A stretch of DNA of 64,000 nucleotides, from positions 736,001-800,000 of the forward strand of contig CAWFGE010000013.1 in NCBI GenBank assembly GCA_963815195.1. Reading direction: 5' to 3'. The notes beneath the pieces are model-generated. The model made no database searches, was not told the origin of the DNA, and saw nothing but the letters and a program-made list of their open reading frames with translations. Each line of letters starts with the position of its first letter. Positions within the stretch are counted from its first letter, which is position 1. This document shows positions 20,062 to 30,312 of the stretch, piece by piece. Source of the stretch: an uncultured Planctomycetaceae bacterium (GTDB lineage: Bacteria; Planctomycetota; Planctomycetia; Planctomycetales; Planctomycetaceae). A program made the position numbers and the translations under genes.

Positions 20062-21261
20062 TTATGGGATCGGGCCTTCGATGGCGGGGCCGATGCGGAG
20101 GTTTTTGAAGCTCACCCCGCCGCCGTGGTTTTGCAGGCCCAGGTAGCCTTTGGTGCTGCGGAGTTCGATCAGCGGATTTTTGTCCGGCGTCACGCGGACG
20201 ATCACCTGCCCGTTGTGGACCGTGGTGACGTTCCGGCCGGCGCAGTTGATTTCCAGCGTGTTCCACTCGCCCGGGGCTTTGGAGACTTTGGGGTCGGCCC
20301 CGGCGATGTCATACACGGAGCCTGAGAACTGGTACGGTTTGAGCTTCGCGTATTTCTTCGCGGAGTCGTCCAGGATCTGCACTTCGAAGCCGGCGGGCGG
20401 CTGGGTTTTACTGTCGCGGTGATGATTTCCATTTTCGGGCACGCGGACGTACACCCCGCTGTTGGCCCCCGCTTCCACGCGGTATTGGAGGCGGAGATTA
20501 AAGTCGCCGTATTCCTTTCGGCTCCTGAGCCACGGGCCCTTCGAGCGCAGCCCGTTGAGCACGCCGTCTTCAACCTGCCAGCAGGCTTCCGCCGGCTGCC
20601 CGGCTCCTTCCCAATGCGTGAGCATGTCATCTTCCAACAGCGAGGAATGGTCGAGTTCGGTGATCTTCAGGTTCCGCAGCAGAAACTGCCCGCCGAGCGG
20701 GACTTCGACTTGAATCCCCACGTACCCGCGCGGGATTTCGAGGCCCTCGGTTTGATACGCCTGCTTGCCGTTGATTTCCAATGTGACCTGCTCGCCCTGG
20801 GCGGTGATGTCGAATGTGTTCCAGTCGCCGGGCTTGATCATCCCGCTGACCTTGCCGGCTTTGTTGCCGATGAGCGTGCCCTCTTGCCCTTGTTTCAGGT
20901 TGATCTGATAGGCCCGCTTCGGGAAGGGTTTTCCGTCCCGCCCGGCCCGCAGGTAGATCCCGGCGTCGTACTGGTCGGCCTTCAAGGCTTTCCACTCGAC
21001 GTGCAGTTTGAAGTCGCTGTAGGTGTGATCGCTGCGGAGCCAGCCGTCGCCGGCTTTCAAAAGCAACATCCCATCCTGCACCTCGACCTGGGCTTCGTTC
21101 TCCGCCGTCCAGCCGGCGAGGGTTTTGCCGTCGAACACCGGCATCTCAAAGCCGGCGTCCGCAAAGACAGACGCCTGCGAGAACACGGCCAAAACAGCGA
21201 CCAGCACGACTCGGAGCCAAAGGAAAGTCTTCACGCGAAACCTCATAGCGGTGGGATTCAA
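20062..21261 (-). CDS. Secreted tandem DUF1080 (3-keto-disaccharide hydrolase-like) protein
   Basis: Two repeats: FDGKTLAGW...YSDFKLHVEW...GDWN...GYVGIQ and YGDFNLRLQY...NSGVY...EVQILD...GEWN...GYLGLQNHG. Confidence 0.9.
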   Translation of the reverse strand: MNPTAMRFRVKTFLWLRVVLVAVLAVFSQASVFADAGFEMPVFDGKTLAGWTAENEAQVEVQDGMLLLKAGDGWLRSDHTYSDFKLHVEWKALKADQYDAGIYLRAGRDGKPFPKRAYQINLKQGQEGTLIGNKAGKVSGMIKPGDWNTFDITAQGEQVTLEINGKQAYQTEGLEIPRGYVGIQVEVPLGGQFLLRNLKITELDHSSLLEDDMLTHWEGAGQPAEACWQVEDGVLNGLRSKGPWLRSRKEYGDFNLRLQYRVEAGANSGVYVRVPENGNHHRDSKTQPPAGFEVQILDDSAKKYAKLKPYQFSGSVYDIAGADPKVSKAPGEWNTLEINCAGRNVTTVHNGQVIVRVTPDKNPLIELRSTKGYLGLQNHGGGVSFKNLRIGPAIEGPIP

Positions 21262-21348
21262 TGGGGAACATCAACTCCCAGCCAGCATACCCGGACACGC
21301 CGCCCGCGAAAAGCAATCCGCCCGAAAGCGAACCAGGTGCGATACCGA

Positions 21349-21427
21349 GGGTGGCACGTCCCTGAGCGCAGCGAAGGGCGTGGCGATCACCGAGATCACG
21401 CCCTTCGTTCCTCAGGGCGTGCCACCC
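21349..21427. repeat. REP-like long palindrome, copy 1 (upstream of uxuA)
   Basis: GGGTGGCACGTCCCTGAGCGCAGCGAAGGGCGTG...CACGCCCTTCGTTCCTCAGGGCGTGCCACCC. Confidence 0.9.
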
Positions 21428-21537
21428 AATCCGCGGAGGACGAACGAGATTGTTCCCTGGCGCGAAGAGGGTTAAAGTGTTTGTGAGATCCATTATCAAG
21501 CAACACAGAATTCTCCAACCCGCCGGAACCTTCCGCC

Positions 21538-22491
21538 ATGCGACTTGCCACCGTGTTGACGCCGATGTCCGATGAAAACCTGCAACTCGCCGCCCAGTGC
21601 GGCGTGGAGGATGTCGTCACCCGCTATCCCGGCCCCGCGCTCGACGATCTGCTCCAGGTCAAACGGCGGATTGAAGATTTCGGGCTCAAGCTGCCGGTGA
21701 TCGAAGGCTATCTGCCGCTCGAAAACATCAAGATCGGCCGCGACGACGGCTGCGAACTCGAAGCCCTGAAAACCTTGGTTCGGCACATGGGCGAAGCCGA
21801 GGTTCCGATCCTGTGTTATAACTTCATGGCGGGCACCGATTGGGTGCGGACGCAGGTCGCGCTGCCTGAGCGCGGCGGGGCCAAGGTGACCGGGTTTCGT
21901 CTGAGCGAAGTGGAACAGGCCCTGCTGCTGACGCACGATGCCTCCGGTCCGATGCCGAAACCCTCGCACGCGGGCATCACCGAAGCCGAGCTATGGCGGA
22001 ATCTCGAATGGTTGCTCGCGGAACTCGTTCCGGTCGCGGAGAAAGCCGGCGTGGCGTTGGCGATGCACCCCGACGATCCGCCGCTGCCCGAACTGTTGGG
22101 CAATGCCCGGATTATGAATTCCGTCGAGAATTTCGAGCGGCTCGTGAAGCTTGTTCCCAGCCCGAATAACGGCATCTGTTTTTGCCAGGGCACGTTCGCG
22201 GCGATGGGGGCGGACATTCCCCAAGCCATCCGCCGCCTGGGGCCGCACATTCGCTATGTGCATTTTCGCGATGTCCGCGGCAGGCGGGATTCCTTTGTGG
22301 AGACGTTCCACGACAACGGCCCCACGGACATGGTCGCCGCCATGAAGGCTTACCGCGATGTCGGCTTCGACGGCCCGATCCGCCCCGACCATGTTCCGCA
22401 ACTCGCGGGCGAAGACGACGGCGAGCCCGGCTACACCATGCTCGGCCGGTTGTTTGCCTACGGCTATATCCGCGCCTTGATGCAGATGTGA
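21538..22491 (+). CDS. uxuA: Mannonate dehydratase
   Basis: LCYNFM..DWVRT, VPVAEKAGVALAMHPDDPP, NGICFCQG, VHFRDV, FVETFHDNG, IRPDHVP. Confidence 0.92.
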   Translation: MRLATVLTPMSDENLQLAAQCGVEDVVTRYPGPALDDLLQVKRRIEDFGLKLPVIEGYLPLENIKIGRDDGCELEALKTLVRHMGEAEVPILCYNFMAGTDWVRTQVALPERGGAKVTGFRLSEVEQALLLTHDASGPMPKPSHAGITEAELWRNLEWLLAELVPVAEKAGVALAMHPDDPPLPELLGNARIMNSVENFERLVKLVPSPNNGICFCQGTFAAMGADIPQAIRRLGPHIRYVHFRDVRGRRDSFVETFHDNGPTDMVAAMKAYRDVGFDGPIRPDHVPQLAGEDDGEPGYTMLGRLFAYGYIRALMQM

Positions 22492-22581
22492 ATTCCTGAA
22501 TCGTTCTATGGATTTCGCATCCGCCCGGATACGATAAACGGAGCCCGCATGCAGACAGCGGTCGACCAATAAGAAAACGAA

Positions 22582-22665
22582 TTGGGTGGCACGTCCCTGA
22601 GCGAAGCGAAGGGCGTGGCAACGCGCGACGACCACGCCCTTCGTTCCTCAGGGCGTGCCACCCAA
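22582..22665. repeat. REP-like long palindrome, copy 2 (downstream of uxuA)
   Basis: Arms nearly identical to 21349..21427, different loop. Confidence 0.9.
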
Positions 22666-22736
22666 CTTCCAACCGGATGCGTGCGCGGCTCTTCGTTATT
22701 CTTTGGATTGCGAATCGGACAACTCGCCCGGCAATT

Positions 22737-24662
22737 ATGGTTTGGATCTTTGCCACATCGCTTTTCCTGCAAATCGTCGCCGTGTTTCTGGCGGTGCGGC
22801 TGAACTGGGCGTATCGCCATCACCGGTCGTGGTGGCTGATTTCCGTGGCTTTGTTCCTGATGACGCTCCGCCGGGCCGCGAGTTTTTATCAGTTTCTCAT
22901 GTTCCCCGATTCGTCCCCGTCCAGTCTGCTTTCGGAGCTGGTCGCTTTGAATGTCTCCGTGTTAATGGTCGTCGCGTTATGGCTGCTCGATCCGCTGTTT
23001 CGGAGCGTTCGAGAAGCCGAGCGAATCTTGCTCCAACAGAAACAGGAACGGAGCCACGCCGGTCGAGAGCGGGAAGCGGAACTCGTCCAGCGCGATTTAA
23101 ACGCCATGTACCATTCGCTGGTCGAGACCTTGCCGTTGAGCATCATCCGCAAAGACCTCGAAGGCCGGTTTGTGTTCGTAAACTCCGCTGCCTGCAACAT
23201 GCTCGAAAGGAGCAAAGAAGACGTCTTGGGCAAAACGGACCAGGACTTGTTCGAGCCGGAACTGGCCAACAAATACCAACGCGACGATCGGCAAGTCATC
23301 GAGACCGGCGAATCGCTCGAGGATGTGGAGGAGTTTCGCGATCCCGGCGGAGAACTCCGATACGTGGAAATCCTCAAGACCCCTGTCTTCGATTCGCAGA
23401 ACACCATCGCCGGCACCCAGGTGATTTTCTGGGACGTCACCGAACGCCGGCGGGCCATCGAAGCCTTGGCTCGAAACGAATCTATCAAAACAGCCATGTT
23501 CGAGGCGGCGCTCGATTGCATCGTCACCATCGACGAGAACGATCGGATCTTGGAGTTCAATCCCGCTGCCGCGAAAGCCTTCGGCTACAACCGCACCGAA
23601 GCCGTGGGCCAGACGATGGCCGAGTTGCTTATTCCCGAACCCGCCCGCGAACGGCACCGGGCCAACCTCGCGAAGTACCTGGGCAGCGGCGTGGCGGGGT
23701 CGCTGATGCTGGGGCGACTGGCGGTGCCCATGCAGCGAAAAGACGGCACCCAGTTCACGGCCGAACTGGCGATGCAGCCGATTCCGTTGGACAACTCCAC
23801 CGGCTTTACGGTGTTTCTCCGCGACATCACCGAACGCCAACGGGCCGAGCAGGAACTGGCCCGGCAGCGGAAACTCATCGAAGAAACCAATGCCGAGCTC
23901 GAACAAGAAGTCCAGATCCGCCGGCGGGCCGAAGAAGAATCGGAAATGCGAAACCGCGATCTGAAGACGCTGCTCTACGTGATTTCGCACGACCTCCGCG
24001 AGCCCCTCCGCGCGGTGAGAAACTTCGCCAATCTGATCCAAGACCGCTACGCCGACAAACTGGACGAGAAAGGGCAGGATTTTCTTGGCCGCATCGTTCG
24101 CGGCGCGGAACGGCTCGACCATCAGTTGGAGGATGTGCTGATGCTCTCCCGTGCTCAGCGTCTGATCGATGCCCGCGACCAGGTTGCCTTGAAGGATGTG
24201 GTCGCGGACGTGTTGCATCAGTTGGACATGCGAATCCAGGAAACCCGCGCCCGCATTACTGTGGAGGAAGACCTGCCGGTCGTCACCGCGGATCGCACCT
24301 GGATCGTGCAGGCGGTTTTCAACCTGGTTTCGAACGCCCTCAAATTCACCCGCCCCGGGACGGCTCCCGATGTGAGCATTCGCGGGTTTTCCTCGAACGG
24401 CTCCACCGGGGCAGAGCGGGGGATCATCGTCGGCGACCGGGGACCGGGGATCGCCCCGGAGCATGCCGAGCGAATCTTCGACCTGTTTCAGCGGGCCGTC
24501 GGCCGCGAGATCGAAGGCACCGGGGCGGGTCTGGCGATCGTCCGCCGCATCGCCGAACGCCACGGCGGCCGGGCGTGGTGCCAACCTCGCGAAGGCGGCG
24601 GAACCGAATTCTGGCTCGGGTTCGGCGAACCTCCTCGGGCCGACATCGAGGATGTTGTTTGA
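22737..24662 (+). CDS. Membrane sensor histidine kinase with two PAS domains
   Basis: Three N-terminal TMs, PAS repeats ending WDVTERR and RDITERQ, H-box ISHDLREPL, NLVSNALKF, DRGPGI, GTGAGLAI. Confidence 0.92.
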   Translation: MVWIFATSLFLQIVAVFLAVRLNWAYRHHRSWWLISVALFLMTLRRAASFYQFLMFPDSSPSSLLSELVALNVSVLMVVALWLLDPLFRSVREAERILLQQKQERSHAGREREAELVQRDLNAMYHSLVETLPLSIIRKDLEGRFVFVNSAACNMLERSKEDVLGKTDQDLFEPELANKYQRDDRQVIETGESLEDVEEFRDPGGELRYVEILKTPVFDSQNTIAGTQVIFWDVTERRRAIEALARNESIKTAMFEAALDCIVTIDENDRILEFNPAAAKAFGYNRTEAVGQTMAELLIPEPARERHRANLAKYLGSGVAGSLMLGRLAVPMQRKDGTQFTAELAMQPIPLDNSTGFTVFLRDITERQRAEQELARQRKLIEETNAELEQEVQIRRRAEEESEMRNRDLKTLLYVISHDLREPLRAVRNFANLIQDRYADKLDEKGQDFLGRIVRGAERLDHQLEDVLMLSRAQRLIDARDQVALKDVVADVLHQLDMRIQETRARITVEEDLPVVTADRTWIVQAVFNLVSNALKFTRPGTAPDVSIRGFSSNGSTGAERGIIVGDRGPGIAPEHAERIFDLFQRAVGREIEGTGAGLAIVRRIAERHGGRAWCQPREGGGTEFWLGFGEPPRADIEDVV

Positions 24663-24877
24663 AACCGATACCGCAAAAACAACCATTCCTTGGCGCTGAC
24701 CGTACCGGATCAGCGGGCGCAACTCTGCGAGTCTTCCTAAAGCAAATCCGAATCACGAAACAGGGCCGGGAGATCGTTTCGGATCATCGGGACCAGGAAC
24801 CCGCCCCCGTCTTGAGCGATGGATCCCAACAGCAAGCAATCGCCGCAACCTCCTTGGTTCGCAGCGTTTCCGTCAAG

Positions 24878-24948
24878 TTGCCCGACTAGGATTTGAACCT
24901 AGACTAAGTGATCCAGAGTCACTCGTGCTACCATTACACTATCGGGCA
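24878..24948 (-). tRNA. tRNA-Gln (anticodon CTG), CCA not encoded
   Basis: Reverse complement TGCCCGATAGTGTAATGGTAGCACGAGTGACTCTGGATCACTTAGTCTAGGTTCAAATCCTAGTCGGGCAA folds as a cloverleaf; anticodon arm AGTGA-CTCTGGA-TCACT; T-loop TTCAAAT. Confidence 0.96.
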
Positions 24949-25063
24949 TTTAAGGCTTGTTTTTAAGGGGTTTTGAGTTGGTTTGCATTTTTGGTGATGC
25001 TCAACTCTACTCCTGCCTACTCCACCGGGTTTTTCGTTTAGCGATTGGAAGGAAACCCGCCCA

Positions 25064-25426
25064 GTGGTTTTGAGCGGGTTTCAAGACACCCACAGGAGTG
25101 GATCCATCTCGCATTCTACAAAAACCCCGCCTGCAAACAAGCCCGCCAAACCAAACCCATCCTTCCCAATGTTTGCTCACGCCTCCGGCCAATGGGCAAA
25201 AACAATCAAAGGCCGGCTGCATTATTTCGGTTCTTGGCGAATCGACCCCACCGGAGAATCTGCCCTTGAGACGTTCGAGCGGGAATGGCCGTATCTTCGC
25301 AAAGGCGAGACGTCACCGCCGGTTGATGTCGCGGACGGATGCACGGTCGAAACGCTGTGCAATCAGTTCATGGAATCGAAGGCCGCGGCGGTTGAGGATG
25401 GGGACCTTTCGCCTCCCCCTGTCTGA
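25064..25426 (+). pseudogene. Truncated tyrosine integrase (N-terminal region only)
   Basis: KPAKPNPSFPMFAHASGQWAKTIKGRLHYFGSW...TVETLCNQFMESK...GDLSP resembles the N-terminus of planctomycete phage integrases; no catalytic domain follows. Confidence 0.75.
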
Positions 25427-25545
25427 CAAATGGCACATAACGGGGGAGGACTCTAAACGGTAGATCTCTCAGGAAAATCCCAAAATGCTAGATTAGCTAG
25501 CACGAACACGTCGCCGCTGGCGGGTCGGCGCGAATTTCCCGGCCT

Positions 25546-25952
25546 GTTGTTAATTTGATCGCGAGGACGAACCGCTTTACCGGTCCGCTGAACCAGGCTC
25601 GCGGAACGCTTTCCCGGTTTTCGTCGTTCGCTTCCGGCGCAATGTCCACTTTGAGCACCGCGGCGTTTGCAGGCGGGACGGCCATCGGCGGATTGGGAAT
25701 CGCGGCGGTCAAGCTGGCTGCCGATGCCGAGCAAACACAGGTTGCGTTTTCAACCATGCTGCGGTCAGGGGCAAGTTCGCGGCTTCCACGCCATTCGGTG
25801 AAGCCGAAATCCTGGGAGCGGCAAAGGCATTGCTTGCGTTCGGATCCGACGCCAAGACCGTCGAAAGCGAACTCCGCCGGTTGGGGGACATTTCGAGCGG
25901 CGTAGGCGTGCCGATCGGTGATCTGGCGGAACTCTATGGCAAGGCTCGCGGC
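25546..25952 (+). pseudogene. Phage tail tape-measure protein fragment
   Basis: VVNLIARTNRF...AVKLAADAEQTQVAFSTML, then in another frame KFAASTPFGEAEILGAAKALLAFG...LRRLGDISSGVGVPIGDLAELYGKAR. Confidence 0.8.
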
Positions 25953-26077
25953 AGTTGTAAAAGACAACGACAGGGGCGAGGCGATCGCGTCTTTATTTCA
26001 TGATTGTGCTGCGAGTGCTACAATCCCACCCGACATTCCCATTGGCTTGAGACTCATATGAAGACGAGCATCCATCC

Positions 26078-27112
26078 ATGACGCCGGAACTCGAAAACAG
26101 CCGCTTTATGCGGGCCGCCCGCTGTGAAGCGACGGACACGACGCCCGTTTGGATCATGCGGCAGGCGGGGCGGTATTTGCCCGAGTACCGGGCCGTGCGG
26201 CAGGGGCTGGATTTTTTGGAGTTCTGCAAACGCCCGGATCTGGCGGCTCAGGTCACGCTCGATGCCCAACGCATCTTGGGCGTGGACGCGGCGATTTTGT
26301 TTGCGGACCTCCCCACGATTCTGGAACCGATGGGATTCGGGTTGGAATACCTCCCCGGTCCGACGATTGATAACCCGGTCCGCGAGGCGAGCGATGTGGA
26401 CCGCGTTCGCGAAGTGGAAGATGTGGAATCGATGCACTTCGTGTTCGAGACGGTGAAACTCGTCCGCCACGATTTGCCCGGCGATATTCCGCTCTTGGGG
26501 TTCGCCGGGGCGCCGTTTACCTTGGCGTCTTATGCGATTGAAGGCGGCGGCTCGAAAAACTACGTCCACACCAAATCCTTGATGTACAACGCCCCCACGG
26601 CCTGGCGGGAACTGATGGAGCGGATGGTTCGCAGCTTGTCGCGGTATCTGATCGCCCAGATCGAAGCCGGCTGTCAGGCGGTGCAGATTTTCGACAGTTG
26701 GGCCGGCTGCCTGTCGCCCGCGGACTATCGCGATTATGTCATGCCGCACACAAAGTCCCTGATCGAGTCGTTGCCCGCGGACGTGCCGGTGATCAATTTT
26801 CTCACCGGGAACCCGGCTCTCATTCCTTTCCAAAACGAGGCGGGCGGGCAGATCGTCGGCATGGATTGGCGGGTCGATCTGAAACAGGGCTGGGCAACCG
26901 TGGGCTACGACAAGGCGGTGCAGGGCAATCTCGATCCGGTGTCGCTGTACGCGGATTTGCCGATCCTGAAACAGCGCGTCGAGGCCGTGCTCGCTGCCGC
27001 GGAACGCCGACCCGGGCACATCTTCAACCTGGGCCACGGCGTCATGCCCGACATGAACCCCGACCACGTCAAAGCCTTGGTCAAGCTGGTCCACGAGTTG
27101 AGCGCGAGATAG
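26078..27112 (+). CDS. hemE: Uroporphyrinogen decarboxylase
   Basis: [55 protein letters not shown]. Confidence 0.97.
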   Translation: MTPELENSRFMRAARCEATDTTPVWIMRQAGRYLPEYRAVRQGLDFLEFCKRPDLAAQVTLDAQRILGVDAAILFADLPTILEPMGFGLEYLPGPTIDNPVREASDVDRVREVEDVESMHFVFETVKLVRHDLPGDIPLLGFAGAPFTLASYAIEGGGSKNYVHTKSLMYNAPTAWRELMERMVRSLSRYLIAQIEAGCQAVQIFDSWAGCLSPADYRDYVMPHTKSLIESLPADVPVINFLTGNPALIPFQNEAGGQIVGMDWRVDLKQGWATVGYDKAVQGNLDPVSLYADLPILKQRVEAVLAAAERRPGHIFNLGHGVMPDMNPDHVKALVKLVHELSAR

Positions 27113-27199
27113 TTTCAAGTTTCATTAGCCGCAGGGCGCTAGCCCCGGTTCAATGGGAGAGTTTTTCCAAAACCGAATATCGATGGCGGAGAATTCACA

Positions 27200-28672
27200 C
27201 TGAAGAATGAACCTCCAAAACGTGTCGCGGTCGTGGGCGGCGGTTTGAGCGGACTGGCCGCGGCGCAAGGGCTTTTGGAACTATCCCAATCGCGAAACTT
27301 AGCGATCGAAGTTTCCGTCTTCGAAGCCTCGTCGCGCATCGGCGGCGTGATGGGCACGAAGCGCATCGGCGAATATCTCGTGGAGACGGGGGCGGATTCC
27401 TTCATCACCAACAAACCCTGGGCGGTCGAACTCTGCCGGCGGCTGGGCCTCGAAGACCGGCTGATCCCCACCGAGGAAAAATACCGGGGGGCGCTCGTGC
27501 TGCGAAACGGCAAGCCCGTCCCGGTGCCCGACGGGTTTCAGTTGCTCGCGCCTGCGAAGATCTGGCCCGTGTTGACGTCGCCGATTTTTTCCCTCGCGGG
27601 CAAGCTGCGGATGGGCTGGGAATACTTTGTGCCGCGCCGCAAAGAAGCCGGCGACGAAAGCCTGGCCGATTTCGTCCGCCGGCGTTTCGGCCGCGAAGCG
27701 CTCGAGCGCTTGGTGCAGCCGTTAGTCGGCGGGATTTATACGTCGGACCCGGAAAAACTCAGCCTCGAAGCCACGATGCCGCGGTTCCTCGAAATGGAAC
27801 GCGAATACCGCAGCCTGATTCGAGCCACGCGAAAGCAGCACCGCCGCCCGAGCGACCGCGAAACCGCCGCCGAGCAGAACGCCACGGGTGCCCGCTTTGG
27901 ACTGTTCGCCGCTCCGAAAGGCGGGATTTCGGAACTGTTGGAGGCCCTGTTCGATCGCGTCCGCCAAGCCGCGGACGTTCGGTTCGATTATCCCGTCCAA
28001 CAGATCCAGCCGGAACCCCAGGGCGGTTGGCGATTGCAGTTTGCCGACGGGATCGAGCAAACCTTCGATGCCGTCGTGCTTGCGGCTCCCGCTTATCGAG
28101 CGGCGGAACTCTTGAAGGAATTCGATTTCGATCTTGCTCATTGGCTGGAAGAGATCGAATATGCTTCGACGGCCATCGTCGTCAGCGGTCACAAGCTGTC
28201 CGACATCGCGCATCCGCTGGAAGCGTTCGGGCTGGTGATTCCGGCGATCGAGCATCGGCGGATCTTGGCGGTGTCCTTCACCAGCCGAAAGTTCTCCGGC
28301 CGGGCTCCCGCGGGCTGCGTGCAGCTGCGAACCTTCGTCGGCGGGGCCATGCAGCCGGAAGAATTGGAGCGGAGCGACGAGGATATTGTGCAACTCGTTC
28401 GCGAAGAATTGGCGGAGCTTCTGGGCGTGCGCGGGGTGCCGGACTTTGTGGAAATCGCCCGCTGGAACCGCGCGATGCCGCAATATCACCTGGGACACGT
28501 GGAACGAGTCCGGCAGATCGAAAACCGGCTCGAACATCACCCCGGCCTGGCCTTGGCGGGCAACGCCTACCACGGCGTGGGCATTCCCGACTGCATCCAC
28601 AGCGGCGAACAAGCCGCCCAAGCCGTCGTGGAGCATCTCGCCCCACAAGCCGCCGCCAAGACCCGGCAATAA
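27200..28672 (+). CDS. hemG: Protoporphyrinogen/coproporphyrinogen oxidase (HemY type); exact start uncertain
   Basis: RVAVVGGGLSGLAAA, ETGADSF, QPLVGGIY, AMPQYHLGH, GNAYHGVGIPDCI; follows hemE; no in-frame ATG directly upstream of the FAD motif. Confidence 0.92.
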   Translation: MKNEPPKRVAVVGGGLSGLAAAQGLLELSQSRNLAIEVSVFEASSRIGGVMGTKRIGEYLVETGADSFITNKPWAVELCRRLGLEDRLIPTEEKYRGALVLRNGKPVPVPDGFQLLAPAKIWPVLTSPIFSLAGKLRMGWEYFVPRRKEAGDESLADFVRRRFGREALERLVQPLVGGIYTSDPEKLSLEATMPRFLEMEREYRSLIRATRKQHRRPSDRETAAEQNATGARFGLFAAPKGGISELLEALFDRVRQAADVRFDYPVQQIQPEPQGGWRLQFADGIEQTFDAVVLAAPAYRAAELLKEFDFDLAHWLEEIEYASTAIVVSGHKLSDIAHPLEAFGLVIPAIEHRRILAVSFTSRKFSGRAPAGCVQLRTFVGGAMQPEELERSDEDIVQLVREELAELLGVRGVPDFVEIARWNRAMPQYHLGHVERVRQIENRLEHHPGLALAGNAYHGVGIPDCIHSGEQAAQAVVEHLAPQAAAKTRQ

Positions 28673-28721
28673 TTCCAACCCGGAGATCGTCGAGAAACTC
28701 GGAGTTGGGTCGCTGTTCGAG

Positions 28722-28940
28722 TTATTGCGAGCGTTTTTTCATCATTTCCCGGTATCGCCTCTGCTGCTCGGGTGGCATGTGTTTCAGGCTTTCCTCCATT
28801 CCGCGCTTTTGGGCGGCTTTTTCCTCGTCGGTCATTTCGTGTGTGGTTTTTGCGGGACCAATTTCTTCCACCCCCGCGCCGCAGCCGCCCGCGAAAGCCA
28901 GCAGCATTACAAGACCAATCCGCAAAACGTGCTTTCTCAC
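28722..28940 (-). CDS. Small lipoprotein
   Basis: MRKHVLRIGLVMLLAFAGGC lipobox followed by a charged helix. Confidence 0.7.
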   Translation of the reverse strand: MRKHVLRIGLVMLLAFAGGCGAGVEEIGPAKTTHEMTDEEKAAQKRGMEESLKHMPPEQQRRYREMMKKRSQ

Positions 28941-28993
28941 GACAGGTTCTCCTCGAAAATCGGTTCAACAACGGCCCTCGATCACACGCTGAT

Positions 28994-30312
28994 TTAAGGC
29001 GTCAAGAATCTGGGGGGGACATCTCGGTTGTTCCGCACACCGGCGCTCGAACTCTTGAAAAATGCAATGTATTCTTCCCACGCTTTGACCTCGCGGCTCC
29101 GCCTTAACGTTCGGTAAAACTCGACGATCTCTTGGAGACGAGCGGGACGGCTCAGGTCCGCCAGGACTTCCCGGAGGTGTTTGTGATTCTCCGGTGCCAT
29201 CCGTTCCTCCACCTCGCGGGCATGGCTGCGAACGCCGGCCGCCTCGTCGTTTCGCCCCAGCCGTTTAAGACACTGGCTCTTGCGGTTCAACAGCGGCCAA
29301 TCGATTTTTCCCGGGGAGGCGGCGAGGGCTTGATCGTAATGCGCGAACGCGGCCTCGTCCTGTTTTAAGACTTCCTCCAACACAATGCCCCGCCAACGCC
29401 AATACCAAAACCCCGCGCGGGGAGCCGGCCAGCGCGAGACGAGTTCTTCCGCCTCGCGGAACCGGCCCAGGTCCATAAGAACCTTGACATTGACCGCCAG
29501 GAAAAACGGATCGCGTCTGGCCTTTTCCAAGCGGGGAGTCTGCTGAATGAGGAAGTCCGCTTGTTTCGGATCTCCATGCGAATGAAACCAATCGGCGAGG
29601 GCCGCGTGCGTGATTGCCGCGTCCCGTTCGGCTTCGCGAAAGGCGATCAACCGCCGGTAAACGACATCGTCCCCCGGAAAAGTCTCGGGGGCCTGAAAGC
29701 CCATCCGGAGGTCAAAGGGCGCGTTGAGCGTGTCCGGATAAAACTCGCTGAGGTACCACTCGCGCAACCGCCCGCCCCGTTCGCGCTCGGGCGTCATCTC
29801 ATAAATCTTCCAAAACACGGGGCGCTCAACGCTTGCCGGCCCGTCATGTCGAGAACCCGCCAAAGAAGGAGAGAGGCTTCGAGATTCTCGGGGTCGGCCT
29901 GAGTCGCCTCCCGCAAAAGCAACTCCGCGCGGGCGGGCTGGCGCAAGATCAAAAGCGTCAGGCGGCCTTCCTGCAGTCGGGCGGTTGCGAAGTTCTCCGC
30001 CGTTTTGGGAATCTGCTTTAGCTGGAGGATTGCGGGAGCGACGGCATCCTTCATCGTCAACTGGTCATCGCGGACATAGGCTTCGGCGAGCAGGAGCCGG
30101 GCCTGGGCATTATCGGGGTGGAGCCAAAGATAGCGATCCAGTTGCCGGCGGGCCTCGTCCCAATGGTGCTGCCGGAGGGCCGACTTGGCAGCGCCGAACC
30201 CCCGCTGAGCCCGCACCAACACGAACGTGCCGATTCCCGCCGCGGCCAGCGCAACGAGAACCCCCAGCCATTTCACGATCTTTCGATAGGGACGGCGCGG
30301 AACATTCATCAT
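28994..30312 (-). CDS. Membrane-anchored TPR protein (frameshift near 29820)
   Basis: N-terminal TM, TPR-like helices (LDRYLWLHPDNAQARLLLAEA); ORFs 29794..30381 and 28994..29863 join by adding one base to a C-run. Confidence 0.8.

Noticed and set aside
22655..24889. 744-aa Arg-rich plus-strand ORF
   Set aside because: Alternate frame of the PAS histidine kinase with non-protein-like composition
25064..25952. Intact prophage or integrative element
   Set aside because: Only two short gene fragments; no catalytic integrase domain, no other phage genes, and no att duplication seen
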